From Lama glama (lineage: Eukaryota), in the NCBI GenBank assembly GCA_028534125.1, contig CM052816.1:54872001-54936000 (forward strand): 64,000 nt of DNA, written 5' to 3'. The notes below the pieces were generated by a model. It saw only the letters and a program-made list of their open reading frames with translations, was not told the DNA's origin and searched no databases. The position numbers and the translations under genes were made by a program. Below, in pieces: positions 24,331 to 38,956 of the stretch. How positions within the stretch are numbered: position 1 is the first letter of the stretch; each line of letters begins with the position of its first letter.

Positions 24331-26676
24331 AAATTAGTGCTCAATGGTTTAAAAAAATCACAGAAAATCACCACCCAGGGTTAAACACTAAACATTTTGA
24401 TATAAATCCTTTTAATGTTTCTGGAAATACCTATTCCATAAACTCACACACCATTCTATAAAATGAATGCACTGTATTAACTTAGCCAATGGTTGAGCAT
24501 TTGGATAGTCACTAATTATACACTGTAATAAATAATGTTGCAGTGAGCCTACATATAGAGATGTATCTTTGTACATATATCTTATTTGTCACATAAATCA
24601 CTAAAAACAAAACTGTCAAAACTGAAAGGACATACACATAAAGCTTTCAGTATATTTTATCCAATTGTCTTCTTAAAAATAGATTATACTCATTTACTCT
24701 CTGTGACTGAAGGGTTAACAAAACCCCTTCCCCTTCTGCAATAGAATGTGATCTTTAGTTAACTTCCTAGCTCTGTTCCCCCAGGAACCCAATAAAAATA
24801 CACAGACAACCATATTATGAAGCATCATTGCTTAGGAGAAGAATAACCCCTGATTGATAAATTGCATCTTGACTGGAAGGAATTATAAATACCTAAGAAG
24901 CATTATATCTATCACATGTTCTTGAGTTTAATGACTCTTATAACTGGCACACTTCTTGCAGGAAACTGGGAAGCCACGCTATGGAGCTGTTACAATAGAT
25001 ACTGGCTTCTGGGGGCCGAAGTTCTAAGCCAGGGAGCCTTCTGCAACTACTGATATGAGTCTCACTCCTTAGCACTGAAGTTATCACCTGGCGTGCCAAA
25101 CAGAACAGCTTCTAAATGGCCTTGTGGACAACTACATGATGTGTCGTAAAGCCACTCACTGAAGAGCAAACACTTGATGCTGGCAGGCTGTACGTCCTAG
25201 ATGGTTCTTGCCTTCTGAGCAAGTACTACCCAACATGGTATATACCAGGCAGTTGTAAGAGTCTGAATGCTTAATCCAACCTAAGAACCAGGTGATGGGC
25301 AAGGCCCCACTCTATCACCAATGCAGGAAAATGCCATTTTCTTTGTCCCCTTAACAGCACAGGATTCTAGCAATGAAAACCTTACCAATCGATAGTCAAA
25401 ACATGTTATTTAAGTCTGCATTTCCTCTTGTTCACTGTGAGGGTAAACATTTTTCACACAAATTGGCCATTTCCATTTCTTCCAGAAAATGCATATTAAT
25501 GAATTTTTGAATTTTAAAGATCATATTTTGGGGAGATTTATCTTTCTCTGGTTTCCCCTTCTATACCCTTAAAACCACAACCAAAGGACAAAGACCAAAT
25601 GACATTTTAACGATATGGTAATTTTCATTTTACTACTGAATTCTAGTATGATATGCCTATCTTATTCCCAAGGGAAAAACATACTAGACTCTGACTGTTG
25701 TTCAATGTAAAACAGACATTACGTATTCGTAATTCAAAGCTAGAAAGACAGGCTACATTCCTTAGTTTAAATTCTAAGTCTTTAGAGATTATCAGGGATA
25801 TAAAACTATTTATACAGCTCCTGAAGACTTTACTACCAAAGGTTCATGGCAAACAAGTCATTATAATTAAAACTACTATGATAACATTTCCAAAACCATG
25901 ATATTTTATGAACCACTTCTTGTACGATTACATGGGAAAAATATTTCAGTTAAAAGGGAACTTATATCATGTGGAACAAAATAAAACGTCAGCCTACTCA
26001 CCTGCTTCTTTCTATTAACAGGGACAACAAAATTCAATAGAATTAAACAACTAGGTATGGTAACGCTACAAAAGAACCTAGGAAAATAAAATCAAGCCAT
26101 ACATGAAGAAATGAAAAGAGATCCATAAATGTTTAAAAAAGTACCACTGTTACCACTTCAGTTCTTTCACGGTAACTGATACATATTTTCCTCTTCCCTT
26201 TTACAACTAAATTAAAAATACACCTGAACTAGTTGACAAAAAAAAAAAACCTACAAAATAATTCAGTGGGAGAAAGTTTGAAAATGTGACAGTAAAATTT
26301 AAGTAGGAAATACCCATAAAAATGTCTTCTAACAAATTTTCTATAATTATTTCAATATTTAATCTGTTGTATTTATCACGTGTAGTACTTAAACCAATAT
26401 TCTGCTAAAGTTTTAACAGACTTTAAACTTATATTCTTGCATCAAAGCCTAAGCTAATGAATACCTATTATCCTTAATATATTTCCACTTCTACTTCCCC
26501 ACCTATATAATGATGATATAACCTAGAATTTTAGATATATTCTTTTATTTTCATATTATACACCCAAAATTTAGCTAACTAAATTTTATTAGTTTCTTTT
26601 CTATTATATTCTATATCCCATTTTCCTCTTTTTAAATTTTATCTTTGGTTTTGTTATGTATAAGAACACCTGCTAA

Positions 26677-26748
26677 TTGTACTGAACACTGGAATTTGAC
26701 ACAACACTGTAAAATGATTATGAATCAATAAAAATGTAAAAAAAAAAA
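26677..26748 (+). mobile_element. Very short (about 70 bp) young L1 3' end with 15-bp TSD
   Basis: cactggaatttgacacaacactgtaaaatgatta matches the reverse complement of about 1803-1845. TSD aagaacacctgctaa at 26662-26676 and 26749-26763. Confidence 0.88.
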
Positions 26749-29109
26749 AAGAACACCTGCTAAATACACTGAATGAGTGCACATATTTTATTATTTATTT
26801 ATACCATTTATTATTATTATTATTTATTTTATTTATTATTTTATTATTTTCACTTGCTCCTTGGGTGTTGGTTCTGTTTGTTGAATCTAATTCCTCTTTC
26901 ATAGTGTTGGTTTCCCTTAAATGTCTGGCATTTCCTGATTTGGGGCTCGCCTCAAGGTCTGAGACTTGCTGTTTGTCACGGTCGACCGCAGGTCCCCATG
27001 ACAGGAGCCAGCCTGGTGGGGGAACAATGGGGCTGATGCCCGGAAGGTACCTGGTGTCTTGTTTTCTTAGATGGGGCTCCCTGGGCCTTCCTGCAGTCAT
27101 CAACTACCTGGGATACTGGAATGCCACCCTGCCATCAGCGTCTACACCTGCTACTTTAGACAAGGATCAGAAGGCTTAGCGGGTCTAAGCCCCATCACGC
27201 TGGCTTCGGGGCTCTCCTTTCCCGTCTCTGCTTGGAGCATGCCCCACAGTATCCCTGAGCTCCGCTGAGTTTCTCAGTGGTTTCTGGGCTGTGGTCTTCT
27301 TCTGCCTCGTTTCTCAGTCAATCCAGTCCTCTCTGTTTGCTTTCTGTCCGAGTTACTTAAATTTCTGGTTAATGGATGGCATTCTTTCTTATTGCAGATA
27401 ATTTTAAAAACCTATTATGTTAGCAATGGCACGTAAGTTTTGTAATGAGAGTAAGACAACTGTGCTCAAAGATCTTGAAGCAACTGTTTTCATTGTATCT
27501 CCTTTATCTGGTCATTCATTTAATACTATTTATGGACTACCAACTACACAGAAATAGTTTTCTCTACTACCCTGCCCCTAAAATAAAGGTAATGGAGGCT
27601 TCCGCAAAACATAGGTTTGTTGGTAATATGAACCAAAATAATCACACTAAACAAAAGTGTTAATTTCTCCCTATGGAACTAAAGAAATTGGACGGCTATT
27701 TCTGATTATACTTTTCACTTTTACTGTACACTGTAATACTAACACTAACCTCACGATGAGCAGACATCCTGGTTTAACTAAAAGCTACCACAAGGTGGTG
27801 CTGAGAAGTTAGTTACTTTTTGGATAGAATGATCTTCAAATTTAGATTTATCTTAAATCAGAGATTTTCCTAAACTCGTCATGATCAGTTATCAATCTCA
27901 TTTGCATTAACATTCTTTCACCAAAAATGTTTTCTTTTTTAACACTAATGTTTATTTTTTATTTGGCTACAATTTTCAACATTGATTTGATCTCTGACGT
28001 AGAAGTTTAAACCATTAGCTTTGAAAAGATGACTTTTCATAGCGTGGGAGCTACATACCAAATCTCTGTGTGGGAGATATTTCCAAGCAGATTATTCAAA
28101 GGTGCAAACGTTTACTAGGAAACTGTAGTTATCCAGTATTCCCATGCTGAAAAGAATCAGCAGGAGTAGCCCACTCCTTCCCAAGTATTTAAATTCAAAT
28201 GAGGGCATTCATCACCTGAAGTATACAGCAAATCTAGAGTCTTAGACTTAAGAGGGGGGAAAAAAAGCAAGCCTGTCCAATCACCAATTTCTTGGAGCTC
28301 TTCAACATTGAATTTATTAAGCATCTTTAGTGCCTAACAGCGAACACAAAGAGCTGAGCTGAGCGTGTTCTCAGGGAAGCTGAGGAATTAACGTCACCAT
28401 CATGTCCCACTCTAAGAAAGCACTCAGTGTGAAACAGCTAGCCTTTTATCCCATCAAAAGTTACAGCCAGCTTGTGTTGCTGACAGAGGCTGGCTACAGA
28501 GGAGTTGCCCTAAGGTAGCCAAAGCCTCCCTGCCCTACAGGCTCCCATTTGTACAAACAATATCCGCTCAAGTACAGGAAGCAATAAAGAAAGTTAAAAA
28601 AAATACTATTGGGTTTTTCCTACTACTTTCAATACGCACATGAAGAGGTGCTACAGTAATGAAATGCAAACTCAAAAGGCAGAGGCTGAATTCATTTCAG
28701 CGTCTCTGGATCACATCACGTGCAGTTCATTTTACGCTCTAACATGGGAGACGAATGTTTATAAATCAAAGCCTCATGGCTGCCCAGAGAGAAGACAGAA
28801 CTGGAGTCAGAAGCCCCGGATCCTCGCCCCAGATGGGCAACAGCTCGATATGTGACCGAGCAAGTCACATAACCTGATCTTTCAGTCCCCTCATCTGTGA
28901 AATGAAGGATCTGGACTGAAATAACTTCCCAAGATTCCTCCAGTTCTGAAGTTCCACGCTTTTTCACTTTGAAACATCCTAACTATAACAGCTTAGACGC
29001 CTGTGCTCAAGTTCAAGTCTGATGCCACTGTTCTTTTAGTTTTCTTAGTGGTATGGAAATATCTGACTTCTTTCTGAGGCCAGTGACTGGCTGCCTCGGT
29101 AACATTGCA

Positions 29110-29300
29110 GGTTCTGGTGCCACACAGCCTGGTTCTGATCCCAGCTCTGCCCTTACCAGCTGTGTGACCTTGGCCAGCCTCTCTGTGCCTCAGTTGCCTT
29201 ACTATAAAATAGGACTAATAACAGTACGTACAGAATAGGGATTACTGTGAGAATTAAATGAGATTATATCTGTAAAGTACTTGAAACAGTGCCAGGCATG
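29110..29300 (+). mobile_element. MIR
   Basis: cccagctctgcccttaccagctgtgtgaccttggcc...ctctgtgcctcagtt...gtgagaattaaatgag. Confidence 0.8.
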
Positions 29301-29307
29301 TATTTAG

Positions 29308-29385
29308 GACATTATGCTGTACACCAGAAATTGACACATTGTAACTGACTAGATTTCAATTAAAAAAAAAAAAGAAAAAAGAAAA
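29308..29385 (+). mobile_element. Short L1 3' end with poly(A)
   Basis: acattatgctgtacaccagaaattgacacattgtaactgactagatttcaatt followed by an A-run. Confidence 0.8.
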
Positions 29386-32106
29386 TTATGAAACTCAGAG
29401 AAAAACAGAACATTAAAAAATCTTTTAAAAAAGTTCAAGTAGGTGTTCATCTTCTTTTTTATTATATTATCCTATTAAATACATGTTCTATGTAAACACT
29501 TATCAAGAACCTACCACAGTGGCTTCCCCACTTTCAACACTAAGAATCTTCTACTGTTTCCCCTTACTGACTCTACGTTTGAAATGGTTTTACCTACGGA
29601 ACCAAATTATGTTCCCATCTTAGATGCGTGCATCGCTATCAATATCATGTCCAAATCCAGTGTTCTCTACCTCATTTTCAGTAAAAAGCAAATGGAATCC
29701 TGAGGCAATCTTATCATCAGGATATTAGTCCATTTAAACCAACTGAAAGGTTAAAAACACAAACTCCAGAGATCTCACATTGGAATCAATGGTGTACATG
29801 CTGTGTGAAGTGACAAGACATGGTTCACAGCCTCAGAGCTTAGACTTTAGTAGGGCAGAAAAGTAGAGCCATTATACTAATTTGTGACAGGAAGAAGGGG
29901 AGGAGGGATGGGACGAAGAGTGGAGAGAATTTTGAAAGATATGGCAGGTGCAACTGCCCTCCTTCACCTTAATCTCAAATCCTGTCACCTCTAGATCTCC
30001 CTCCTGAGAACCCCGGATTACAGTCTGTCCTTCGGGTTAAGGAAATATCTCTAGGAAGCTTAGTTATAAATGCAAAGGTGTTCTCTGTCAGAGATGCCAT
30101 CAATCTGGAATAAGGCATCAATTGGTTTCTTAAGAGGAAAAGGGTCCTGAGGGAAGGGAGTATAAAATAAGAAAACACATGAGTTAATTTTGAACCTGAA
30201 GAACAGGTTCAAAGGCAACCTGGTTGGCAGAGCAGCTGCCTGACCTTGCGGGAGAGCTGGGAGAGGAGACTTTCTTCACAAAGCAGTCAGGGTACTGAGA
30301 ACAGCCGGAAAACCGGAATTGGGTCTGTGACAGCCGTTTTCATAAATCCAAGCCCTGAACGTGCACTATTTTGGCATCATCACTGCGCCTGAGCACAGGG
30401 CTGCAGGACAGACACATCTTTAGCTTTTTGTCGTCAGTGTAGTAAAATCTTAACAGTCAAATGAATTTTATTCAGGAAGAAATGCAGAATTCAGAACCCT
30501 CATCTGTTAAGCTAGAAAAATTCTTAACAAACACATGACTTTAAAAGGATTCCCTGGAGGGTAGTTGATTCCACGCCTTAAAGCGGGAACAATCGCCTTA
30601 AGTAATCAGGACAGGATCGGAACATCCTGTTGTGATCACCAAGCAAGGATTTTTCAAAGAAATTTCAGGGCCGTGCTACAAGGACAAAGAAGCTGGTTGG
30701 AAAGAGCCCCCAGTACCAAACTGCAGCAATCCGGTCCACCGAGAAAGAAGACACTAGTCTTGGTTAGAGCTGAGAAAGGCCTGGAGTTCAAAGGAGGATG
30801 GGATAAAGTACACCAAAAGGAAGTTGCAATATAGAGATAAAACAAGACACACCTAACATATATGTTCATTTGAACATTGGGAAGTGTCATTAAAATACAG
30901 GTGCTTTGTTTCTTCTATGTCTGTCTATCCTGCATAGATATATACTTGTTTTCATACTATTTATATCACAAGAAAGAATAAAGACCAGGAACTCTGAGTG
31001 AGCCAAACAGTCCTAGAAAACCAAGGAAGTGTCCCAAGGTAAGGAAGGGCCGAGGAGCACAGGCGGTGACACAAACAGCCAGGTGACAAGCGGGCTCAGC
31101 CCTGACGGCCACACTCAACGGTCAAGCCGAGACAGGATCCACAAATGTGAAGTGGTATCAGCTAAATGGCCCAAGAACCCAAGAAGCATTAGGAAGAGTC
31201 CACCCCTCACCTCCAGAATGCCCAACTGATTTCAAGGAAATACTCAAAAGGCATACACACGCTTTTCATAATGTTAACAGACCAAGCCAAAGCATCATGA
31301 CGACAGGACGATGAGTTGCGTGACAGCGGCCAAGTGTGCCATGGGAGTACATCGTTTCTGGTGATGGGGGTGGAGACAGGATGGCAAGTAAAAACCTGTT
31401 TGAAAACCATATACAGAAAAATGACAAGGTTTGGCTGATTTCACAAATCAAGTGCAGCTGATGTCCGGTGGCCAAGGTTAGGCTCATCTTAGAAAAAACC
31501 CAAACTACACCAGGACACCGACAACTGATTAGTCAGAAACCAGATCTGTAAGCTGGGCAGGTTTGAGGAGATACTGCTTCTGGTAACTATGTGAACTCTG
31601 GGTAGGTAACAAAATATTACAGCCCTGGGATGGGTCAAAATTAGTGAGTAAATAATGAAGAAATGAATGAAGCTTGTAGTGCGGATCTTCTAGAATAGGT
31701 TTAAGTGCGGTAAGTTTGTAATAATGTATCTGGGCATTTTGTTTGCGTTTTAAGGTATGTGGCATGTTCAAAAAATTAGTCTGCTAAATTTAATTGTTTG
31801 AAGGAATTTAATTTTATAACTAATGCCTAAACATTAACAGTTGCTTAATATACTGAGCAATAAACAAGCAAAAAATGCTCTTCCTCCAGACAGGAAAAAA
31901 AATTAGGAGCAGTAGCTCATTGGAAAGGCTCTCATTCTTGAAGTGGTTCTTATTGCACAGGCTTTAAATATTCCAAACAAAGCCACAAAAGGAAAACACG
32001 TCATATACACATTTTAAGTCTGAAACACCAAGATAGTTACCGTCACTGTCACTTCGGTGCTGAGATAATGGACACTTCAGCTTTCCCTTGATATTCTTTC
32101 TCAATT

Positions 32107-32673
32107 TGTTGTTGAACCCAAGTTTGTGTGCCTGCTGGACACACAGGGAGGCCAAATAAACTGAAACATCAAAGTCTGGAGCAGAGAAAGGCTTATTGCA
32201 AGGTCCAAGCAAGAAGAACGAGCGGCTCGTGCTCAAAAGGCCTGAATTCCCCAGTGGCTTTCAGGCAAGGGTTTTTAAAGACAGGGCTAGGGGGCAGGGT
32301 CATAGGATGCATGGTCAGCTTGGATTGGTTGGTGGTGAGGTAACAAGGTGAAATTTCACGAACCTCAACCTTATGCTTCCAGTCTGGGGTCTACACGCTT
32401 GTGGTCAGCATGCAGTCATCAACCTCCAGCTGGGCGGGGGTCTTGGTTTCTACAGACCAACTCACAGATGTGTGTCAGATTGCTGTCTACATCCCTTCAG
32501 GAGGAACCAGAGGTCCTGTGTCTCTACTGTCTAATCATTAACTGCTTGAGCCTGCTCTTTGGAACGGGAGAAGACCTAGGAGATGAAAGCTTTTTTTTTA
32601 TACTAAAAGGAAATGGGGGACATGGAGGGGCTTCTGTACCCAGGAAGGTCCCGCAGGATCCTACTTGGTTTCA
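32107..32673 (-). mobile_element. ERV1-type LTR (3' LTR, with adjacent polypurine tract)
   Basis: TG...CA ends. The minus strand has TTTAAAAA (about 32272-32279) and an AATAAG poly(A)-like signal (about 32192). The purine run agaaaattggggggg lies immediately 5' of the LTR. Confidence 0.7.
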
Positions 32674-35337
32674 TACCCCCCCAATTTTCTTGGATGCTCC
32701 TCAATCTTGAGGGGGAGCAGGTGTAGGACAAGAATGGAAATAAGAGAGGTTTGGATAAGGAGGTTATCATAAACGTGACACAGGAATTCGGTTTAGGGGA
32801 CTCAGTTTCAAATTTTCCAATGTTTTCCACAGGAGCATATTTTTCATTTTAAAAAATGAAAAGATAATCAGCATTTCTTTGAAAAACAGCACGAGGCCAC
32901 CCGTTCCTGAGGTGAGTCTGTACACGAGGCAGAGCCTCAGGCTTCCCTGTGGAGCTGCTGTGCCAGCGTCGGCTAGAGTCTGGGCTTGGGAACACGCAGC
33001 TGACCTGACCGAGGGCGTGGTGAGTGGTGCCAGGGCCCTAGGGTGGGAAAGCATGTGAAAAGGCAAGGCTGGCAGGAAAAGGGAAAAGTAGCTGCAAGCA
33101 AGAAGCAAAGGGCAAGGACCCAGGGCATCTCAATGAGGTTGTTAAGCCCAAATCAAGAAGACAGGGAACAGAAGACACGTTGGCAGGGCCAGGGATGAAC
33201 TTTGTAGATCAAATCAGGTCCACGGGCTGGAGCAGGAGGAAGGCGGTGCCTGGGCACCTGGGGGATCTCCCTGCTGGCTCCTGACCTATAATCAGAAATT
33301 CGGACCTGCTTCATTCCCTGTCAGGTACTGACCACTCTCTACACCAGCCACGTTGCTGCATCTGCAGCCAGGGTATAATAGCTGAGGACGAATTTGTTCA
33401 CATTCAGCATCACTTCTAATCATGCAACCAGGGCAAACTCACTGTACTTTTTAAAGGGCTCTGCTACCCAGCTTCCAAACGTGTCTGGCACAAGTGGGCA
33501 GAATATTAGCCTCGTTTGAGTAACCGACCTCATTCTAAACCATAGCGGGAAGACTTTTTTATAGAAAAAACTTTACATACACCTGAGACTTCTCAGCTCT
33601 CTATCAAGGAGCAGGCATATAGTAAGTCAAGAACCGAGAAAACTGACGGAGATTCTCCAAGGGAACACCGTTTATTAGGTCAATATTGTTTTTCAAGATC
33701 CTACTTTGAAAGGTCCTACTGAAGGTCAGATCTAGTGAAGGACACTCAGCAGGAATCTGGACAGTCCGACAAAATACCACACCAACATTTTCACACAATG
33801 GGCAGTGATAAGCAAGAAGCTGTCTCTTTGTTTACTAAGCTATTCAAGCCTTGTTAAAACTACAGCTAGCTTACATTTGAATGCCTCAGGGCAGTTCTGC
33901 ATAACGTCTCTAGAACAGTGACATCACCAGAAAGGAACTTAGTGCACCACTTCTTCATAAGCTGCTTAATGTGAACACCCCAGGTGTCCACTTAAGGCAG
34001 TCGATTTAAGCTTATACAAGATACCCAGGAGCAGGCTCCAGATTTGGAGATTAGCACTCTGATGCATGGATGTGATACTGATGAACTAATGGCTCACTTA
34101 GCAGGTCACAAAGTGCTAAGAATCATTCTAAGCACTGAAAATTATTTGAGAACCAATGTTGGTCAACACATTTGATAATATTCCTCAAAATGAGCACTTG
34201 TGCACCAAAGGCTTTTAGAAAACCTGCTGAAATAATGATACAATAACAACATATGAGGGGGCAGGCACAGAAGTGGTTTTGTTCCCCAGTTGATCTAAAT
34301 TACTAGAATAAAAAGAAGTCACAGAATAGGCACCTACATTTGTTCTGTATTTCTAACAACTGTCATCATCCAAAGAAACCTCGTAAATACTGACAGGGTG
34401 GGGGGGTCAAGTTATCTGATACAATCAAAATTCTTCTTCAGTAAGCCATCATTACAATGAATTATTATAAAAACCTGTGGAGAGGAAAAAAGCCAGGAGG
34501 AAGTTAATAGAAACCTCTAGGCTGAAGACTGCCCACAAAAATCATTGCTAGTGATATAAACACAAAGCAGATGTTCTAAAAGAAATTAAAATTTAATTAG
34601 ATGTGAAGTCTTCCAGCTATTACCTGTTTGCACGCAAGACAACAGCCATAAGCTGGATTTTTAGAATCATTTTTGTTATCATCTAAAAATCACATTTCTT
34701 CTAGGCCAATAAGGCAAAAAAAAGATCTGTGAGCTAGTAGAATTTCAACATTAAAAAAAATTAAGATATCAAACAATCGCTTTACAACAATGAATGTATC
34801 TTGATTTGATTTATTTAAAGCAACTTCTAGGCTTCTTTAAACTTATAGTGTAAGTTCTAAGGAACAAAATGTCAAAAGACTTTTTATAGTGAATGTATTA
34901 GTCTATGCTAAGAAGTGAGCCACGTTAATAATCCTGAGTATCAAAAACAAGATTATGTCCATTAAAGCTGCACATTTGATCTACTTTGGTTATATTTGTA
35001 AAGCAGATTATAACTCAAGACTATGGACGCACATTCCTATTAGAATCCTGGAAATTTCAGTTGACATTTTCTGGTTATTACACTTATAAGTCTTTCATTC
35101 ATTTTCTGGTTTTCGATTTTAAATTAGGTTAAAAAATATTTTTCAAGTTCAAGGATTTGTTTTTATGGGGCAATTATTTTAATTTTATACCAGTAAATTT
35201 AGAACAACTCAATCTAAGAAAAAGTTCTTCAGATTGTTAAAAACAAACAAACAAACTTAAGAGGCCCCTTTTAAAACTGAAATTGTGATTTTGTGTAAAT
35301 TTACTTCCTAGATTTTTAGTTGTATTTTTTTTCCTAC

Positions 35338-35414
35338 CTCAGTGCATGAATACAATATATCATCCTTGGTATGTTTTTCCGGTCATAGACATCTGTTGTT
35401 TCTGGGTAAAATAT
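35338..35414 (-). CDS. IQGAP2: IQGAP2 exon 5 (77 nt): IFYPETTDVYDRKNIPRMIYCIHAL(S)
   Basis: Acceptor ttccag|ATA and donor CTG AG|gtagga. This is the conserved IQGAP CH-domain motif. Confidence 0.97.
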
Positions 35415-37624
35415 CTGGAAAACAAAAGGGAAAAATCTGTTTATCATACGTTGCTTTTCACTATTACTTTAACTCTCTCAAACGACCTTACACTGATGAA
35501 AAGGAAACTCCGTTGTACCTTATCCTGTTCTCCCTGTGGACCAGTCACTGCATCTGGTCCCCTGCCTGCCAGCGCCTCTTAGTGGCTCAGAAGAGTAGGG
35601 GGGTCAAAGTCAGTCACTTCAAGAAGGCTTTGTCCACAGGGCTGGGTGGCAGTTTCACTCCACAAGGCTTGAGTTTGTGTAGGCTTTGCTTTCTGTATCA
35701 GAATCACTCCTGTGACTGCCCCGAGGTCCCCGGGCCTGAGAAGGGTGTCCCTTTGATAGTATTTTATTATATTGTTAAGAACTTGGCTACACAGTTCTAC
35801 AAACGTGTGTATACACACATACACATGTATTACTTTAAGCAGAAAAAAAATCCGTTTTCAGTAAATAAAATCTGTAAAGTAGATAAAGTATGAAAGAAAA
35901 ATACCTATAATCCTACCTCCAGACTGTCACTATTAATATTTTGGTATATTTTCTTCCAGCCTTTTTCCTGTATGTCTCTGATTTTTTATGTTTATGTATG
36001 TGTGTACTTGAAAACCAAATTGTATATATTGTCAACCTGTTTAAAACATTTAATAGAACTGAACTGTTTCCCATCCCTTCCATTTGTCTACAAGAACATT
36101 ATTTATAATGGATATATATGATTCTTTCATATTTTCAAACCATAATTTAATCAGTTCTCCATGGTTGAACATTTTGCCCAGTTTTGTCCCTATTATGAGT
36201 CACTGCCATAAACATGCTTGCATTCTCTGAGCACCTGATTACCTCTTCTGGATAAAAATCTATGTATGGAGTTAGTAGGCTGAAAAGTCTGGACACTAAA
36301 GCTTTTAATACATACTTATACTATTCTTGAGTTTGAAACTAAAACCCTAATAAGAAACAGATTTTAGATAGGGCACCAAAAATGAATAATTAGGATCAAA
36401 GCTTCTAAGATTAAGATAAGCATATTGGAATTACTTGCTTTTGGTAAGTATTTTATAAAATTTGATACAAAAACTAAAATTAAATCATGGACCATATGGT
36501 AGTAGTTGATACTCAAGCACAATTTTCTCCTGGACTTGAAAAAAGCTAAGAAACGAGAAAAGCAAAGTTTCTTGAGCTACAAATGTATACTCACTGAGGA
36601 CTTACATGTCTGTAGCTTATGAAATTTCAAAGGTCTTTCTAACTCGCTTTTAACCCATTTGCTGTTAAAGTTTCAATGAGAAGAGGATTCCTAATTCAGA
36701 AGAAATGTGACGAGATTTAAAGTTCTATTACATATACAGGGGATGACTGTAACTCCCCTTCTCCTCTTTAAACGGAAGCCTTTTACATTGATATGTCTCC
36801 TGGAAAATCATTATGAATGTGTCTTCTATTATCAAGGAGATGGGATCAATTTATAGTTCACTAAGACGTTTTCTTCAACTTCGTAACCCCAGTGCCTAAC
36901 ATGATGCTGAACACAGAGCAGGCACTTCATATTGATACATGATGGAATTAATTAATACATCTAAGTCAATTCAGTCCACTGCTGTTTTCTCATCCCAGCA
37001 ATGTAATGTATCACCAACTTCATAATAAACATTGGTATTAAAACAGAAACTGCTACACGGATCACTTGTTTGGCTTATAATCAAAATAAATATGGCCCAA
37101 CAGACACACAATTTGAGAAGGTTTAAATCAAACCTTTCAAACATAATAAAATTATCCTAATTTAACATATCTTAAAATAGAAAAATACAGAAAAATAGCA
37201 TGTGAACTTCTTTATTAATTTATCATTTTACGTTATTTATATTTATATATTACTTTCTTTATTAATCTGTTTACCACTCAGCCCATCAGTACTTGCTAAA
37301 TGGCAACTTAGAAGTGAATTCTGTTTTATAACTATTGCCCAGCAGGGAATAGCACTCAACGTTCTCAGCAGTTTAGAAGGGAAAAAAAAGGCAAAATAAA
37401 ACAGTTCAGCACTGACTACTGCAAGATAAAATGAACTGAGTTAAAACAGATATGAGCACAAATATATTAAAAACTGGCATTCATAATTTACCTTTACATT
37501 AAAGAATCCTTTGTTTTTGTTGGAGGGTGTTTTGTTCCACAGTGATTTTACCATTTTATAGGCCAACCAGCAATATACGATAATTCCAGTAGCTGCAAAT
37601 TCTCACCAGCATTTGGTAGTATCA

Positions 37625-37780
37625 TTTTTTTTTCAAGTTGAAGTATAATTGATTTACAGTATTGTGTTAGTTTCAGGTGTACAGCTAAGTGATTCAGGTA
37701 CTCATTTTTTTTCCGATTATTTTCCATTATAGATTATTCCATGATATTGAATATTGTTTCCTGTGTTACACACTAAATTG
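37625..37780 (-). mobile_element. L1 3' end fragment
   Basis: ttgaagtataattgatttacagtattgtgttagtttcaggtgtacagc...gatattgaatattgtttcctgtgtt. Confidence 0.8.
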
Positions 37781-37862
37781 GGGTATTTTAAATTGCAAAC
37801 CTGGATTAATAAGAACAACAAGTCTAAATAAGTCAGTAGCCTATCTTCTTGCTGGATCACCC

Positions 37863-37956
37863 TTTTTTTTTTTTTTTAAATGGAGTTACTGGGGAATGAA
37901 CCCAGAACCTTGTGCATGCTAAGCATGCACTCTACCACTGAGCTATACTCACCCCC
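37863..37956 (-). mobile_element. tRNA-derived camelid SINE (short form)
   Basis: T-run followed by ggagttactggggaatgaacccagaaccttgtgcatgctaagcatgcactctaccactgagctata. Confidence 0.88.
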
Positions 37957-37989
37957 TGGACCATTCTTAAATCATTTCTTTAAAATAGC

Positions 37990-38370
37990 TGTACATACTA
38001 TTCAAAAAGTTCAAAATCACAAAACTATGGAGATGGAGAACAGATTAGTGGCTGCCAGGGGACAGGGCTGGGAAAAGGATGCTATATAAAGGTCAACCTC
38101 CCTGTGGTACCTGTATCTTGATTGAGTGGAAGTCACTCAAATCTATTCATGCATAAAACCACACACACACACACAAATAAATGCATATAGAAATGGTGAA
38201 CAGTGAATAACGTCTGGAGCCTAGTTAACACTGACACATTAATGTCAATTTAATGCTGTACTACAGTTATGAGCTTCCCCATCGGAGGAAGTTGAATGAA
38301 GTTTACACAAAGATGCACTATTGTTGCAACTTCCTGAGATTCTAAAATTACTTCAGAATAAGAAGTTTAA
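37990..38370 (+). mobile_element. Old L1 (L1MC-like) 3' UTR
   Basis: gagatggagaacagattagtggctgccagggg...ttgcaacttcctgagattctaaaattacttcagaataagaagttt. Confidence 0.7.
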
Positions 38371-38956
38371 GAGATAGTTCTATAATTTCTACCACATGTA
38401 ATTATTTCCTCATTTCCTCCACTTGTCTACGTGTCTCAGAGGTGTAAGGGTGCATGCTCTTTGAATTTAACAAGCTCTGAACGTTTGCTGAATGAGTTTT
38501 ATTTGGAAGATCTATTTAAGGAGTAAGAGTTATAATCACTTAGCCATGAAAATTTAAAGTGACACTATGATTTAGAATACTTTATCAAAAAATTTATAAT
38601 TATAATTTATAATGATACAAAATATCCTGATACAATGAGATATGGAATCCTCAGTATGAATACCAACACCAACAAGGGAGGTGGCTATTCTAAATCAACT
38701 ACCTACCAGCCAGAGCTTGTTCTGACCTTGCTTACTTTGTGCACACGTTGACCTGACTGCTCTCAATCCCTACACAGACTTCATTCTGAATTCTGGCCAT
38801 ATATTACTTTGAATAGGCTTTCCATATTTCTGTTCTCACGTTTCTCATTCCTGGGGCAGTAAGGACATCTGTTGCTTTAATAAAGCTCAGTCTGCTAAAT
38901 CACTTTCCACAATAAGGTGTTTGCACTTCCCCTTCTGTCTTCCCAGTTCAGCTTAC

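Noticed and set aside
35342..35893. 183-aa plus-strand ORF
   Set aside because: It is antisense to exon 5 and its flanking intron, with no recognisable domain.
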